Assembly (NCBI GenBank): GCA_965261595.1
Contig: CBDHDG010000006.1
Span: forward strand, 1,344,001-1,408,000
Reading direction: 5' to 3'
DNA from: a bacterium
GTDB taxonomy: Bacteria > UBA8248 > JACPRG01 > G963555815
Length of the DNA: 64,000 nucleotides
Part shown: positions 51,022-60,491 of the stretch, in pieces
Position numbering within the stretch: position 1 is the stretch's first letter
Layout: each line of letters opens with the position of its first letter
Program-made: the position numbers and the translations under genes
The notes under the pieces: model-generated
The model's input: only the letters and a program-made list of their open reading frames with translations
What the model was told of the DNA's origin: nothing
Database searches by the model: none

Positions 51022-52575
51022 ATGCCCGAGCGATATGACGTGATCGTCGTCGGGGGCGGAACGGCGGGGTGCGTGATCGCCGGCCGACTCTCGGAGGATC
51101 CGCGAAAAAGCGTTCTGCTCATCGAGCGCGGACCCGACCCGCGGCCGATCCCGGAGGTGGTGTCCGACCCCGCGCAAGCCCGCCGGATCCGGACCGAGAC
51201 CGATTTCGTCGCCCGGTATCCCACCCGCAGGAATTTCGACGGAAGCCCGTTCGACACCCTGGCCGCCCGGGTCATGGGCGGCGGCTCCACCATCAACCTG
51301 ATGTCCGTCACCCGTCCGATCCGCGCGGATTTCGACGCCTGGGCCGCGGCCGGAAACCCGGCGTGGTCCTGGGAAGAAATGCTTCCGGTCATGAAACGGA
51401 TGGAAACGGACCGAGACTTTCCCGACAGTCCGCTCCACGGGGACAGCGGCCCCCTCCATCTGGCGCGGCGGCTGGACTTCAGCGGCCCCCCCCCGCTTCA
51501 AGGCATCGAGAAGGCCCTGGTGGAGGGCGCGGCGAGTCTGGGGCTGCCCGTCTCCCCGGACCAGAACGGCCCCGAGCCCTTCGGGATTTCCCGGACCGTC
51601 GCGAACATCAAGGACGGCCGCCGGCACTCCGCCCTCGAGGCCTATCTGGAACCGGCCCGGTCACGGAAAAACCTGCAAATCACGGCGGAGGCGCAGGTCC
51701 TGTCGCTTCAAATCGAGAAGGACCGGGTGACGGGCGTCCGGTATGAAAAGGACGGCCGGGCCCATTCGGTCTCGGGCGGGCGCGTCGTCCTGTCCGCCGG
51801 GGTTTACCACTCGCCGCAAATCCTCATGCTCTCCGGCATCGGCCCGCGGGCGGAGCTGGACCGGCGCGGCATCCGGACGGCCCATGCCCTGGAGGGCGTG
51901 GGCGGAAACCTTCAGGACCACGCGGTCGTCACGATGCGGTTCGAGGTCGCCCGGATCGAGGAGACGGACTGGCTCGTCCCCGGCTTCGTGGTGAACGGGA
52001 AGAGCAGCCCCGGCCGGGACTGCCTGGACTTCCACGTCTACATCCGCCCCCCCCTCCCCTCCCCCTCCCTCCCCCTCCCCCTCGCTCCGGCGCGGGGAGA
52101 AGATGGAAAATCCATTTACCCGATCACGGTTCACCTGCTGGAACAGCGGACGCGCGGAAATGTCACCCTGAAGTCCGCCGACCCCCGCGACCCGCCGGGG
52201 ATCGACACCCGAATGCTGGAAGACCCCGAAGACGCGGCCGCCATGGTCTCCGCGATGCGGCTCGTCGAGCGCCTGGCCGGGACCGGGCCGATGCGGGAAT
52301 TTTACGGACCCCTCCTCCAGCCCGGCCCGAAGGAGGACTGGGCCGTGCATGCGCGGTCGAATTACGACAGCTTCCGCCACGGCGTCGGCACGTGCGCCAT
52401 GGGTCCGGCTTCGAGCGAAACGGCGGTCGTCGATTCACGCCTCCGCGTCCACGGGATGGAGAACCTCTACGTCGCCGACGCCTCGGTCATTCCCGTCCTT
52501 CCCCACGCCCATACGAACCACGCCTGCATGATGATCGCCGAGCGGTTTTGCGAGCTGCTGGTCAAAACCGGATGA
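51022..52575 (+). CDS. GMC-family oxidoreductase (choline dehydrogenase-like)
   Basis: VGGGTAG, MGGGSTIN, SPQILMLSGIG, NLQDH, HGVGTCAMG, VADASV. Confidence 0.9.
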   Translation: MPERYDVIVVGGGTAGCVIAGRLSEDPRKSVLLIERGPDPRPIPEVVSDPAQARRIRTETDFVARYPTRRNFDGSPFDTLAARVMGGGSTINLMSVTRPIRADFDAWAAAGNPAWSWEEMLPVMKRMETDRDFPDSPLHGDSGPLHLARRLDFSGPPPLQGIEKALVEGAASLGLPVSPDQNGPEPFGISRTVANIKDGRRHSALEAYLEPARSRKNLQITAEAQVLSLQIEKDRVTGVRYEKDGRAHSVSGGRVVLSAGVYHSPQILMLSGIGPRAELDRRGIRTAHALEGVGGNLQDHAVVTMRFEVARIEETDWLVPGFVVNGKSSPGRDCLDFHVYIRPPLPSPSLPLPLAPARGEDGKSIYPITVHLLEQRTRGNVTLKSADPRDPPGIDTRMLEDPEDAAAMVSAMRLVERLAGTGPMREFYGPLLQPGPKEDWAVHARSNYDSFRHGVGTCAMGPASSETAVVDSRLRVHGMENLYVADASVIPVLPHAHTNHACMMIAERFCELLVKTG

Positions 52576-52782
52576 TCCCGCCTCTGTCGATCTCCGGGCG
52601 ACTGCGTACGGAGGGGGAGGGAAATTCGGGGAAGAGCAGACCAGAAGAAGAGACATCGGCAGGCCGGCCATGTCCCTTATTTCATCGGAGCGGGCCCTGA
52701 GTGGAGTCGAAGGATGCGGACGGCGCACCTTGGAATGTGCGACCGAGCCCCAAGCAGACCTCGAAAGCGAAATTCCGAAGCG

Positions 52783-53013
52783 CTATAGCAAGTCAAGAAA
52801 TTCCTCCACGGTCAGTCCGGATTTCCGGATAATTGAAAGAAGCGTTCCCCGCGCCATGTCTCGCGAGTGGTAGGGTATGGATACAATGATGCTTGGATTG
52901 GCAGGATGCTGAAAGAAGTAGTGGCTGCCTTTGATTCGCCGGAGAATAAAGCCTCTGCGTTCGAAGGCCTTGATGACTTTTCGGGGTGTGAGCGCCGGGA
53001 GTCGGCGACTCAT
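52783..53013 (-). CDS. hicA: HicA-family toxin
   Basis: RIKGSH, IPYH..MARGTLLSIIRKSGL. Confidence 0.9.
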   Translation of the reverse strand: MSRRLPALTPRKVIKAFERRGFILRRIKGSHYFFQHPANPSIIVSIPYHSRDMARGTLLSIIRKSGLTVEEFLDLL

Positions 53014-53264
53014 GCGACTCGGAGGTGAACCGTTACCTTTTCCCGGGTGGGCGCGGCCCCGCGTTCCTCGCATAGCGGAATGGGGCGGCCGTCCTCATGA
53101 AGAATCTCCAGATAGCCCTCAATGGCCTCGGTTGCCATCGCCCGGGCTTCCTCCAACGTACGACCTTCCGTAACGAGACCGGGCAAAGCGGGACAGGTTA
53201 CGGTGTAACCGCCTTCTTCATTTGGCTCGAATATCACAGTATAGGTGTACTTCGTCGCTGTCAC
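53010..53264 (-). CDS. hicB: HicB-family antitoxin
   Basis: EEGGYTVTCPALPGLVTEGRTLEEA. Confidence 0.9.
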   Translation of the reverse strand: MTATKYTYTVIFEPNEEGGYTVTCPALPGLVTEGRTLEEARAMATEAIEGYLEILHEDGRPIPLCEERGAAPTREKVTVHLRVA

Positions 53265-53327
53265 GATTTTTCTCCTCGTTCCAGAAACTGAATATACCAC
53301 TCGAAAAGAAAAACGCCAGCGGAGATC

Positions 53328-54599
53328 TGACCCGCCCCCTAAAGTTGTACCACTTTTTGAGTTAGTCTCTGCTCCCCGATATCCGAAAGTGTAGGGATGC
53401 CCGGAGGCATTGGTTCGATGGCCTCCGGCGCCGGGGGCCGGTAGCCCAAGGCACTATGGGGCCTTACCCAGTTGTAGAGTTGTCGCCATCTCTCCACCAA
53501 CACCTTGGCCTCTGTCAGGGTGTAGAAGATCTCCCCGTTGAGCAGCTCATCGCGCAGCTTGCCGATGAAGGACTCCACATAGCCGTTCTCCCAGGGACTG
53601 CCCCGCTCGATGTAAAGCGTTCTCACCCCAAGACGGGTGAGCCACCCTCTCACCGCATTCGCCGTGAACTCCGCCCCGCTGTCCGAGCGGATATAAGCCG
53701 GCAGGCCACGCCGGACGAACAACTCGGTGAGGCGGTCCAGGACGTCCTCGGAGTTGAGTCTTCTCTCTACATCAAGGGCCAAGCACTCCCGGGTCAACTC
53801 ATCCATCACAGCCAGCATCCGTAAAGGCCGCCCATCGTGCGTCCTCGCGGCCAGGAAGTCGTAGGACCACACATGATTCCGATAAGACGGACGCTTGCGA
53901 ACACAAGAGCCGTCGTTCAGCCATAAACGCCCTCGCTTGGGCTGTCTCTTCGGCGCCTTCAGGCCTTCCTGGCGCCAGATCCGCTCCACCCCCTTGTGAT
54001 TCACTCGCCAGCCTTCTCTTTCCAACAGAGCCGTTATCCTCCGGTAGCCGTACCGTCCGTACTCGCTCGCCAGCTCTGTCACCCGCGCCACCAAACGCGC
54101 CTCATCGTCAGGGACCTGGGCAGAGCGCCGCTGAGTCGAGCGGGCCTGACCCAGCACCCGGCAGGCGCGACGTTCGGACACGCTCAGCTTCTCCCGCACA
54201 TGCTCCATCGCCCGCCGCCGCGCAGGCGGGCTCAGAAGTTTCCCTGGGAGGCCTCCTTCAAGATGGCGTTATCCAGGGCCTGCTCGGCCACCAGCTTCTT
54301 TAGCCGGGCGTTTTCCTGCTCCAGTGTCTTCAGTCGTTTCGCCTGGTCCAGGCGCAGGCCTCCGTACTCCCGCCGCCACCGGTAATAGGTCTGCTCGGAG
54401 ATCCCCAGCGTCTTGCAGACCTGAGCCATCCTCTGCCCATTGGCCAACTCCACCTCGGCCTGACGAAGCTTGTGGATGATCTGCTCCGCGGTGAATCGCT
54501 TCCGACTCATCACTGCCCCCTCTTCTAGGCCAATCCAGTCCCGAAAGCCGTGCGAAAATCCTAACTCTCAAACCGGACCGGTTTCAGGGGGGCAGGTCA
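53328..54599 (-). mobile_element. IS3-family (IS407-like) element, apparently intact; orfA 54232-54510, orfB 53339-54208
   Basis: Ends TGACCCGCCCCCT / TGACCTGCCCCCCT; YGYRRI, WSYDF, PWENGYVESF. Confidence 0.9.
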
Positions 54600-54790
54600 G
54601 CACGGTCGCCAGTCTTTGGAAGGTGGACGATGACGCCACGTCTTTGCTGATGACCCGGTTCTATGCGGGAATCCGGGCAGGGCTTTCATTCACGGAGTCC
54701 TTACGCCAGGCGCAACTTTATCTCCTGAAGGATTCCAGGTTCCGCCATCCCCGATACTGGGCCGCCTGGAACCTGTATGGCAGACCTTAG
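54600..54790 (+). pseudogene. CHAT (caspase-like) domain C-terminal fragment truncated by IS
   Basis: VASLWKVDDDAT.LLMTRFY...LRQAQL...HPRYWAAW. Confidence 0.85.
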
Positions 54791-54835
54791 GCTGGACTGG
54801 AGGACAAAATACGGGAACGTTCAGCGATTTCATTC

Positions 54836-55953
54836 ATGATGGGACGGGGTCTGATTTTGGGGCTGCTTCTCTCCCCATTGATGATGACGGCGACCTCGAA
54901 GGCCGAGACCCCCAAGAAAGATTACCCCTTCTTTATGACCGCCGAAAAAATCGCGGAGGAGCTCCTGAAACCGGTTGAAAGGGGATCAGGGAAAGAGCCG
55001 CGAGTCCCCCTCAACATCGAATTCGATTTCGACTCGGACCGAATCACTGCCAAGGCGAAGTCCCAGATGGATGAAGTCGCGAAGGCCCTCCGTCTCCCGG
55101 CCCTGATGCGGTATCGAATCAGGATTGAAGGCCACACGGACGACCGAGGCACAGAGGAATATAACCTGGGGCTTTCTGAGAGACGCGCCCGCCGGGTCAT
55201 GAGCGCACTGGCCAGAGGTTACAGCTTTAGGCCGGACCGGTTCGACGTCCGGTCTTACGGCGAATCCCGTCCGCTGATGACCGCACAAACGGATGAGGCG
55301 CGGGCGCGTAACCGAAGGGTGGAACTCGTCCGGTTGGAGCTTTTGGAAATCGAACGCCCGCCCAAGACGCTTACACCACGGCCCACGACAATCCCGAAAA
55401 CTGTTGAGATTGCCAAGAGAAGCCCGCGGCCAAGAAGGCGCGGCCATCCGCAAAATCGCCGATCCGTCCTCAAGTACCCAAAAAAGACGCGTCGCCCATG
55501 TTGAAACCGAAGCGGGTGGCCAAGGCGCCAGGGCCTTCCAGGCCTCCGATAACTCCCTCCACCCCCGGCGCGGGAAGGCGATTCGACCTCGTTTTATTGT
55601 GCGCGCCGCAAGACCCAATCTCCACGGAGACCGTTGAGATCCGGGCCCGGCTGATCACCCCAAAGCGACTCTTATCCGTGACAATTGTGGTCCACGTCAA
55701 TGAAACCAAGGTGATCGAGGAGGTCCTTTTCCTCCGGGAGAAATTTTCGCGAACCCGCAGCGTCAGCGTCCAGCGCGCGCCTTCCGGTTTTCAACCCGTC
55801 GACCTGCGACCTGCGACCTGCGACCTGCGACCTGCGACCTGCGACCTGCGAATCAGCGTGAATCTGGTCCCCGGCAAAAACAAGGTCAGAATCACCGCCG
55901 CCGGTGGAGGCGATATATTGACCAAGGAGCTTCGACTGGTCAGAGGCCGGTAA
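54836..55953 (+). pseudogene. OmpA-domain protein with Pro/Lys linker and Ig-like C-terminus, frameshift near 55415
   Basis: IEGHTD, YNLGLSERRA, NRRVE; the frame of ORF 55498-55953 is open upstream as EKPAAKKARPSAKSP. Confidence 0.75.
55801..55849 (+). repeat. Heptamer tandem repeat (GACCTGC)x7
   Basis: Read directly from the sequence. Confidence 0.95.
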
Positions 55954-55955
55954 CA

Positions 55956-56783
55956 ATGAACGTTGAAAATCCAAGAAAATACCTGGGCGTCAGCGGCTGT
56001 ATTCGGGTCGCCATCGCGATTGCCTTCATCCATGTCACGGGTCTGCCACGTGTCGCGTTTGCCGCACAGGTTGAAACCGCCCATTACTCCATTGATTATC
56101 TAGGCATCACCCGACAAGAGGTCATCGAATTCGGGAAAAAAGCGGACAAAGCCTATGCCATCGTCAAGCGATTCGTCGGAAATCTTCCAAAACACGAGTT
56201 CATTCGGGTCCAGCGGGTCAAGATGGTCATCCGCCCGGAATTTCGAATTCCCAAGACCCTGATGTCCCTCTGGCGCGGCCAAAACCGGATGGAGATGCCC
56301 GTTCATCGGGTCCGGGACGGAAGGGCGCCCCTGATTCATGAGACGACGCATTCCCTGTCTCCAAGCCGAAACCGCTACCTGGTGGAAGGCCTGGCGGTTT
56401 ATCTGGGGGAGAAGTTCGGCACACTCAACGCCTTCCCTACGTTCGGCCGGACGGTGAAGACGCTCTTATGCGGTTCGATCAAGCAAGGGAACATGGTCCC
56501 CCTCGCGAAGCTCTTTATCGAGACCATCGACTACTACAACATCTTCTCGCGAGCCATGGTCGGCGCCTGGACCATGCGATTGGCCTACCTGGAAGGCGGG
56601 GCGCTGGTGAAACGCCTTTTGAACGACAAGAGATTCGGCCCCAATCCCGAAGCAAGAAAAATCTCCTTTTTCCGGCTGTTCAACGGAGAAGGCGATATCC
56701 AAGACATCTATCAAACGAAGCCCGGCCCGTTGGGGCAATATCTCATTCGACAGACTTGTCCGGAGATCGATCGCGGGAAATGA
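55956..56783 (+). CDS. Putative secreted gluzincin-type metallopeptidase
   Basis: Signal-like N-terminus; LIHETTH followed by LVEGLA. Confidence 0.6.
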   Translation: MNVENPRKYLGVSGCIRVAIAIAFIHVTGLPRVAFAAQVETAHYSIDYLGITRQEVIEFGKKADKAYAIVKRFVGNLPKHEFIRVQRVKMVIRPEFRIPKTLMSLWRGQNRMEMPVHRVRDGRAPLIHETTHSLSPSRNRYLVEGLAVYLGEKFGTLNAFPTFGRTVKTLLCGSIKQGNMVPLAKLFIETIDYYNIFSRAMVGAWTMRLAYLEGGALVKRLLNDKRFGPNPEARKISFFRLFNGEGDIQDIYQTKPGPLGQYLIRQTCPEIDRGK

Positions 56784-56841
56784 CCTGTTCACCGGACCGA
56801 TTAGCCCGCATTTCCCACAAAAAGGTGGTGAGAAACCCAGG

Positions 56842-57366
56842 TCAGAGTTTCCCGAATGTCGCGATATTGTCGATCTTGCATTCAAAGAGCACGCGCTTCT
56901 CATCGATCACCGGGTCGCGCAACCCGTAAGGCGGGTCCTGGCCCGTGTACTTTACCCAGATCTTGTCTGTCTGCCGGGTCGCGCGCTCCCCGCCCGGCTC
57001 TCCTTCCCGAATCTCATTTTCGACCGTGCATTTGATGCTCATCCAGTGGTACGGATTATCCGGGTTGACCATCATGATGGTCAGGCGCGGGTTTTTCCGA
57101 ATCCATCCGCACTTTGGCCGATGCGCGGCGGTGTTGACGAGGATCTTGTCCCCTTCGTAGTCGAACCACATCTGGGTGAGATTGATCCGGCCGTCCGGTC
57201 CGGTGATCCCGAGGGTCGCGGTGATGGGACGGTCCAGGAGGTCGCGATAAATCGGGTCCAGGCCGGCCAGACCGGAAACCCGCTTTTTCTCGCCGATCGA
57301 GAATTGCCCCTCCTGCGTTCCATCGGCAACGTGCTTGAAATCCGCGACAGTGAATCCTTCCGACAT
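56842..57366 (-). CDS. Pyridoxamine 5'-phosphate oxidase-like (split-barrel, possibly F420-dependent) protein
   Basis: ATLGITGPDG...MWF...NT...RPK...NPRLT. Confidence 0.75.
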   Translation of the reverse strand: MSEGFTVADFKHVADGTQEGQFSIGEKKRVSGLAGLDPIYRDLLDRPITATLGITGPDGRINLTQMWFDYEGDKILVNTAAHRPKCGWIRKNPRLTIMMVNPDNPYHWMSIKCTVENEIREGEPGGERATRQTDKIWVKYTGQDPPYGLRDPVIDEKRVLFECKIDNIATFGKL

Positions 57367-57664
57367 GGCTCGCCCCCCTTCGTTTTCAAATTGTGCCGGC
57401 CGGCGCTTGGCCCTAATCTCAAAAACGCCCTTCCCATTTGCTCAATGGCGACAGTCTAGCAGAAATCCGCGTCCTGATATGTCCCGGCTCGGTTCGCGAG
57501 GGATATTCCAGGATGGACAAACCGGGGCGCACGGCGGCAAAATGACGTTTCACCTCGCAGCGGTTCGGTTCAGCGCGGCAGTCATCCGGCCATTACGTCT
57601 TCACGGAAGACCCGGCCGCTCACCCCTGAGCCGGAAGGACGTCCTTTCGAAAGGAGAACGCTCC

Positions 57665-58045
57665 ATGCCTTGGGAAGCCATCAAATCCGACAACCTCCCC
57701 GGCCACATCACCTGGATGACCCCCGCGGCGAAGGTGGGGAACATCGTCTTCGTCGGCGGTCAGGTCCCCCGCCACCCAAAGACCCTGGAGATCCCGAGCG
57801 ACATCCAGGGCCAAACCCGGCAGTGCATGGAGAACCTGAAGACCGTCGTCGAGGCTGGCGGCGGGAGCATGAGCGACTATATCCGGTTCACCGTCTACAT
57901 CACCGACATGAGCAACTGGGCGGACATGAACGTGGTCTACCGCGAGTACATCAACGAAGAGAAGTCCCCCGCGCGCCTGTGCTGTCAGACGGGTCTCAAC
58001 GCGGGTTACCTGGTCGAGATCGACGGCATCGCCGTCATCGACTGA
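57665..58045 (+). CDS. RidA/YjgF-family protein
   Basis: VFVGGQVP, DMNVVY, SPAR, LVEIDGIA. Confidence 0.9.
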   Translation: MPWEAIKSDNLPGHITWMTPAAKVGNIVFVGGQVPRHPKTLEIPSDIQGQTRQCMENLKTVVEAGGGSMSDYIRFTVYITDMSNWADMNVVYREYINEEKSPARLCCQTGLNAGYLVEIDGIAVID

Positions 58046-58174
58046 GCCCTTTCGAGGACGCTAACAACCGGGTTTCCACGGCGACGGCCCCGAGAGGAAT
58101 GGGCCGATCGCGCGACGACTGAAACCCCGCGCCGGATTCGCCTGACACGGCGCAATACGAAGGAGGACACTGGC

Positions 58175-58612
58175 ATGCCACCACCTACCCGCTTGACGGG
58201 CCTTCACCACATTACTTTGGTCACCCGCGACATGGACCAGATGCTACGCTTTCTGACCGACGTCGTGGGACTCGGGCTCGTCCTGGACGACATCAACCAG
58301 GACGCGCCCGAACAGAAGCACTACTTCTTCGGCGACGAGAAAGGAAGTCCCGGCACGCTGGTGACGTTCTTCGAGATCCCGGACCTGGACGACAACCGTC
58401 TCGGCGCGGGGGGGATGCATCACATCGCCCTCGGCGTGGAAGAGGAGGACGACCTGCGGGCCCAGATCGCGGTCCTCGACGAGAAAGGAATCGGCCACTC
58501 GGGCATCGTCGACCGGGGAAAATGGAAGGCCCCCTATTTCAAGGGGCCGGAGGGTCTGCTCTTCGAGCTGGCCACGCGGGGACCCGACATCGGGGCCGGT
58601 GCGGCGTCATGA
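58175..58612 (+). CDS. VOC/glyoxalase-family protein
   Basis: GLHHIT, LVTFFE, MHHIA, PEGLLFELAT. Confidence 0.9.
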   Translation: MPPPTRLTGLHHITLVTRDMDQMLRFLTDVVGLGLVLDDINQDAPEQKHYFFGDEKGSPGTLVTFFEIPDLDDNRLGAGGMHHIALGVEEEDDLRAQIAVLDEKGIGHSGIVDRGKWKAPYFKGPEGLLFELATRGPDIGAGAAS

Positions 58613-58646
58613 CGCCGGACGGACGACGAACAGAAGGAACCGGTTG

Positions 58647-59804
58647 ATGGGTCCCGGCCTGTCCGGACGGATCGCCCTGCCGGGAATCGGCGAGACGGCC
58701 ATCGGAACGCTCCCGGGGCGGACCTACCTCCAGCTTCAGGCCGAGGCGGTCCTCGCCGCGATCGAGGACGCGGGCCTCCGCCGCGAGGACGTGGACGCGG
58801 TCTTCACCAACCTGCCCATCCGCAACCCCACCTCGATGTCCGTCGAGCACCTGATCGAATACCTCCGCCTCCCCGCCCGGGTCGCCTCGACGATGGACGC
58901 CCACGGCGCGGGCGCCCTCCTTCAGATCCAGCACGCGGCGGCCATGATCGCCGCCGGACTCTGCCGCGTCGCGGTCTGTGTCGTGGCGCGGGACGACCGG
59001 ATCGGGCGCGGCCGGCCGCGCAGGTCAAGCCTTCTCATGGGGACCGAGGACGAGGCCGACCTCTACGGCGCGGGAAGCCCCCCCGTCCAGTACGCCCTCG
59101 CGGCCCGCCGCCACATGCACGAATACGGGACGACGAGCCGGCAGTTCGGCGCCGTCGCCGTCGCCATGCGCCGCCACGCCGCCCTGAACCCCAACGCCCA
59201 GATGCGGGAGACCATGACGCTCGACGACCATCAGTCCTCCCCCCGGGTGGTGGACCCCCTCCGCCTGCTCGATTGCTGCCAGGTCTCCGACGCGGGGGGG
59301 GCGGTGGTGGTCGTCTCGGCGGAGCGCGCGCGGGACCTGCGCCGCCGCCCGGTCCTCCTGCGCGGCATGGCCGAGGCCCACACCCACCGGAGCGCCGGCC
59401 AGGCCCCCGGCCTCACGACCCTCGGATCGGCGGACGCAGCCGGGCGGGTGTACGCCATGGCCGGCCTGACCCCCGGGGACGTGGACTTCGCCGAAATCTA
59501 CGACTGCTTCACGTACGCCGTCATTGTCCAGCTCGAGGACTACGGCTTCTGTCCCAAGGGCGAAGGGGGGGGATTCGTCGAGGACGGACGGATCGAGCTC
59601 GGGGGGGACCTGCCCGTGAACACCCATGGGGGCCTCCTCTCGCAGGGTCACGCCGACGGGATGTTCCACGTGACCGAGGCCGTCCGGCAGCTTCGGGAGA
59701 CAGCGGGAGAGAGGCAGGTTCCCGGCGCCGAGGTCGCCCTCGTGACAGGCGTCGGCGGCGCGCCCTTCGGCGCCTTTGGAAGCCTCATTCTGACGAAGGA
59801 TTGA
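58647..59804 (+). CDS. SCP2-type thiolase-like protein
   Basis: LLDCCQVSD, EIYDCFT, NTHGGLLSQGH. Confidence 0.9.
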   Translation: MGPGLSGRIALPGIGETAIGTLPGRTYLQLQAEAVLAAIEDAGLRREDVDAVFTNLPIRNPTSMSVEHLIEYLRLPARVASTMDAHGAGALLQIQHAAAMIAAGLCRVAVCVVARDDRIGRGRPRRSSLLMGTEDEADLYGAGSPPVQYALAARRHMHEYGTTSRQFGAVAVAMRRHAALNPNAQMRETMTLDDHQSSPRVVDPLRLLDCCQVSDAGGAVVVVSAERARDLRRRPVLLRGMAEAHTHRSAGQAPGLTTLGSADAAGRVYAMAGLTPGDVDFAEIYDCFTYAVIVQLEDYGFCPKGEGGGFVEDGRIELGGDLPVNTHGGLLSQGHADGMFHVTEAVRQLRETAGERQVPGAEVALVTGVGGAPFGAFGSLILTKD

Positions 59805-59808
59805 ACAC

Positions 59809-60225
59809 ATGCCTTCTGATGCCCGTCCCCTCCCCGTCCCGGACGCCGATTCGACCGAATTTTGGGAGACCCGCCAAGGCCAAGCGCTCAGACTGCAACG
59901 TTGCCTGGATTGCGGGACCTTCAGGCATTACCCCCGCGCCTACTGCCCCGATTGCCTCTCGTCCGAAACGGAGTGGGTGGCCGCTTCCGGACGGGGGACC
60001 GTCTACTCCTTCGCCGTCGTTCACCGGGCCTTCCATCCCGCGTTCAAAGATGATGTCCCCTATGTCGTAGCCCTGATCGACCTGGAGGAAGGCCCCCGGA
60101 TGCTGTCCGATCTGCGGGACTGCCCGCCGGAGGACGCGGCGATCGAAATGCCGGTGGAAGTCTTTTTCGAGGATGTCCCCGGAAGCCTCTCGATCCCACA
60201 CTTCCGTCCCGCCAAAGCCTCTTGA
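59809..60225 (+). CDS. Zn-ribbon/OB-fold (DUF35) protein
   Basis: QRCLDCG...YCPDC, GTVYSF, LEEGPRM. Confidence 0.9.
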   Translation: MPSDARPLPVPDADSTEFWETRQGQALRLQRCLDCGTFRHYPRAYCPDCLSSETEWVAASGRGTVYSFAVVHRAFHPAFKDDVPYVVALIDLEEGPRMLSDLRDCPPEDAAIEMPVEVFFEDVPGSLSIPHFRPAKAS

Positions 60226-60376
60226 GGTTCGTCTCCGCCGTCGAAAGAGAGAATCGGACATGACAGAGGACCGTGCTTCCGCCGGGCGGCCCGCAATCAA
60301 CCCTGATGGGTCCAAAGCCTGTTTCCAGTTCGGATCTCCTCCCCACACTCCATGGAACGTTCCGAATATTTAAGAA

Positions 60377-60405
60377 TTGACATAGAGAAAGATTGTCATA
60401 ACAAT
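60377..60405 (+). promoter_or_regulatory. Putative promoter with overlapping TGACA...TGTCA palindrome
   Basis: TTGACATAGAGAAAGATTGTCATAACAAT upstream of the binding-protein gene. Confidence 0.4.
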
Positions 60406-60491
60406 GGTCGGCTCTCGGTCATTTTTCGGGGTTGCGATTTCCGCCCGGCTCCCGTCATTGAATCCTTGACGGTCAGGGGAGGAACAACGAA

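Noticed and set aside
56805..56841. CCCGCATTTCCCA matching the IS1380 end
   Set aside because: Only a 13-bp match with no transposase; it could be a scar but is too weak to call
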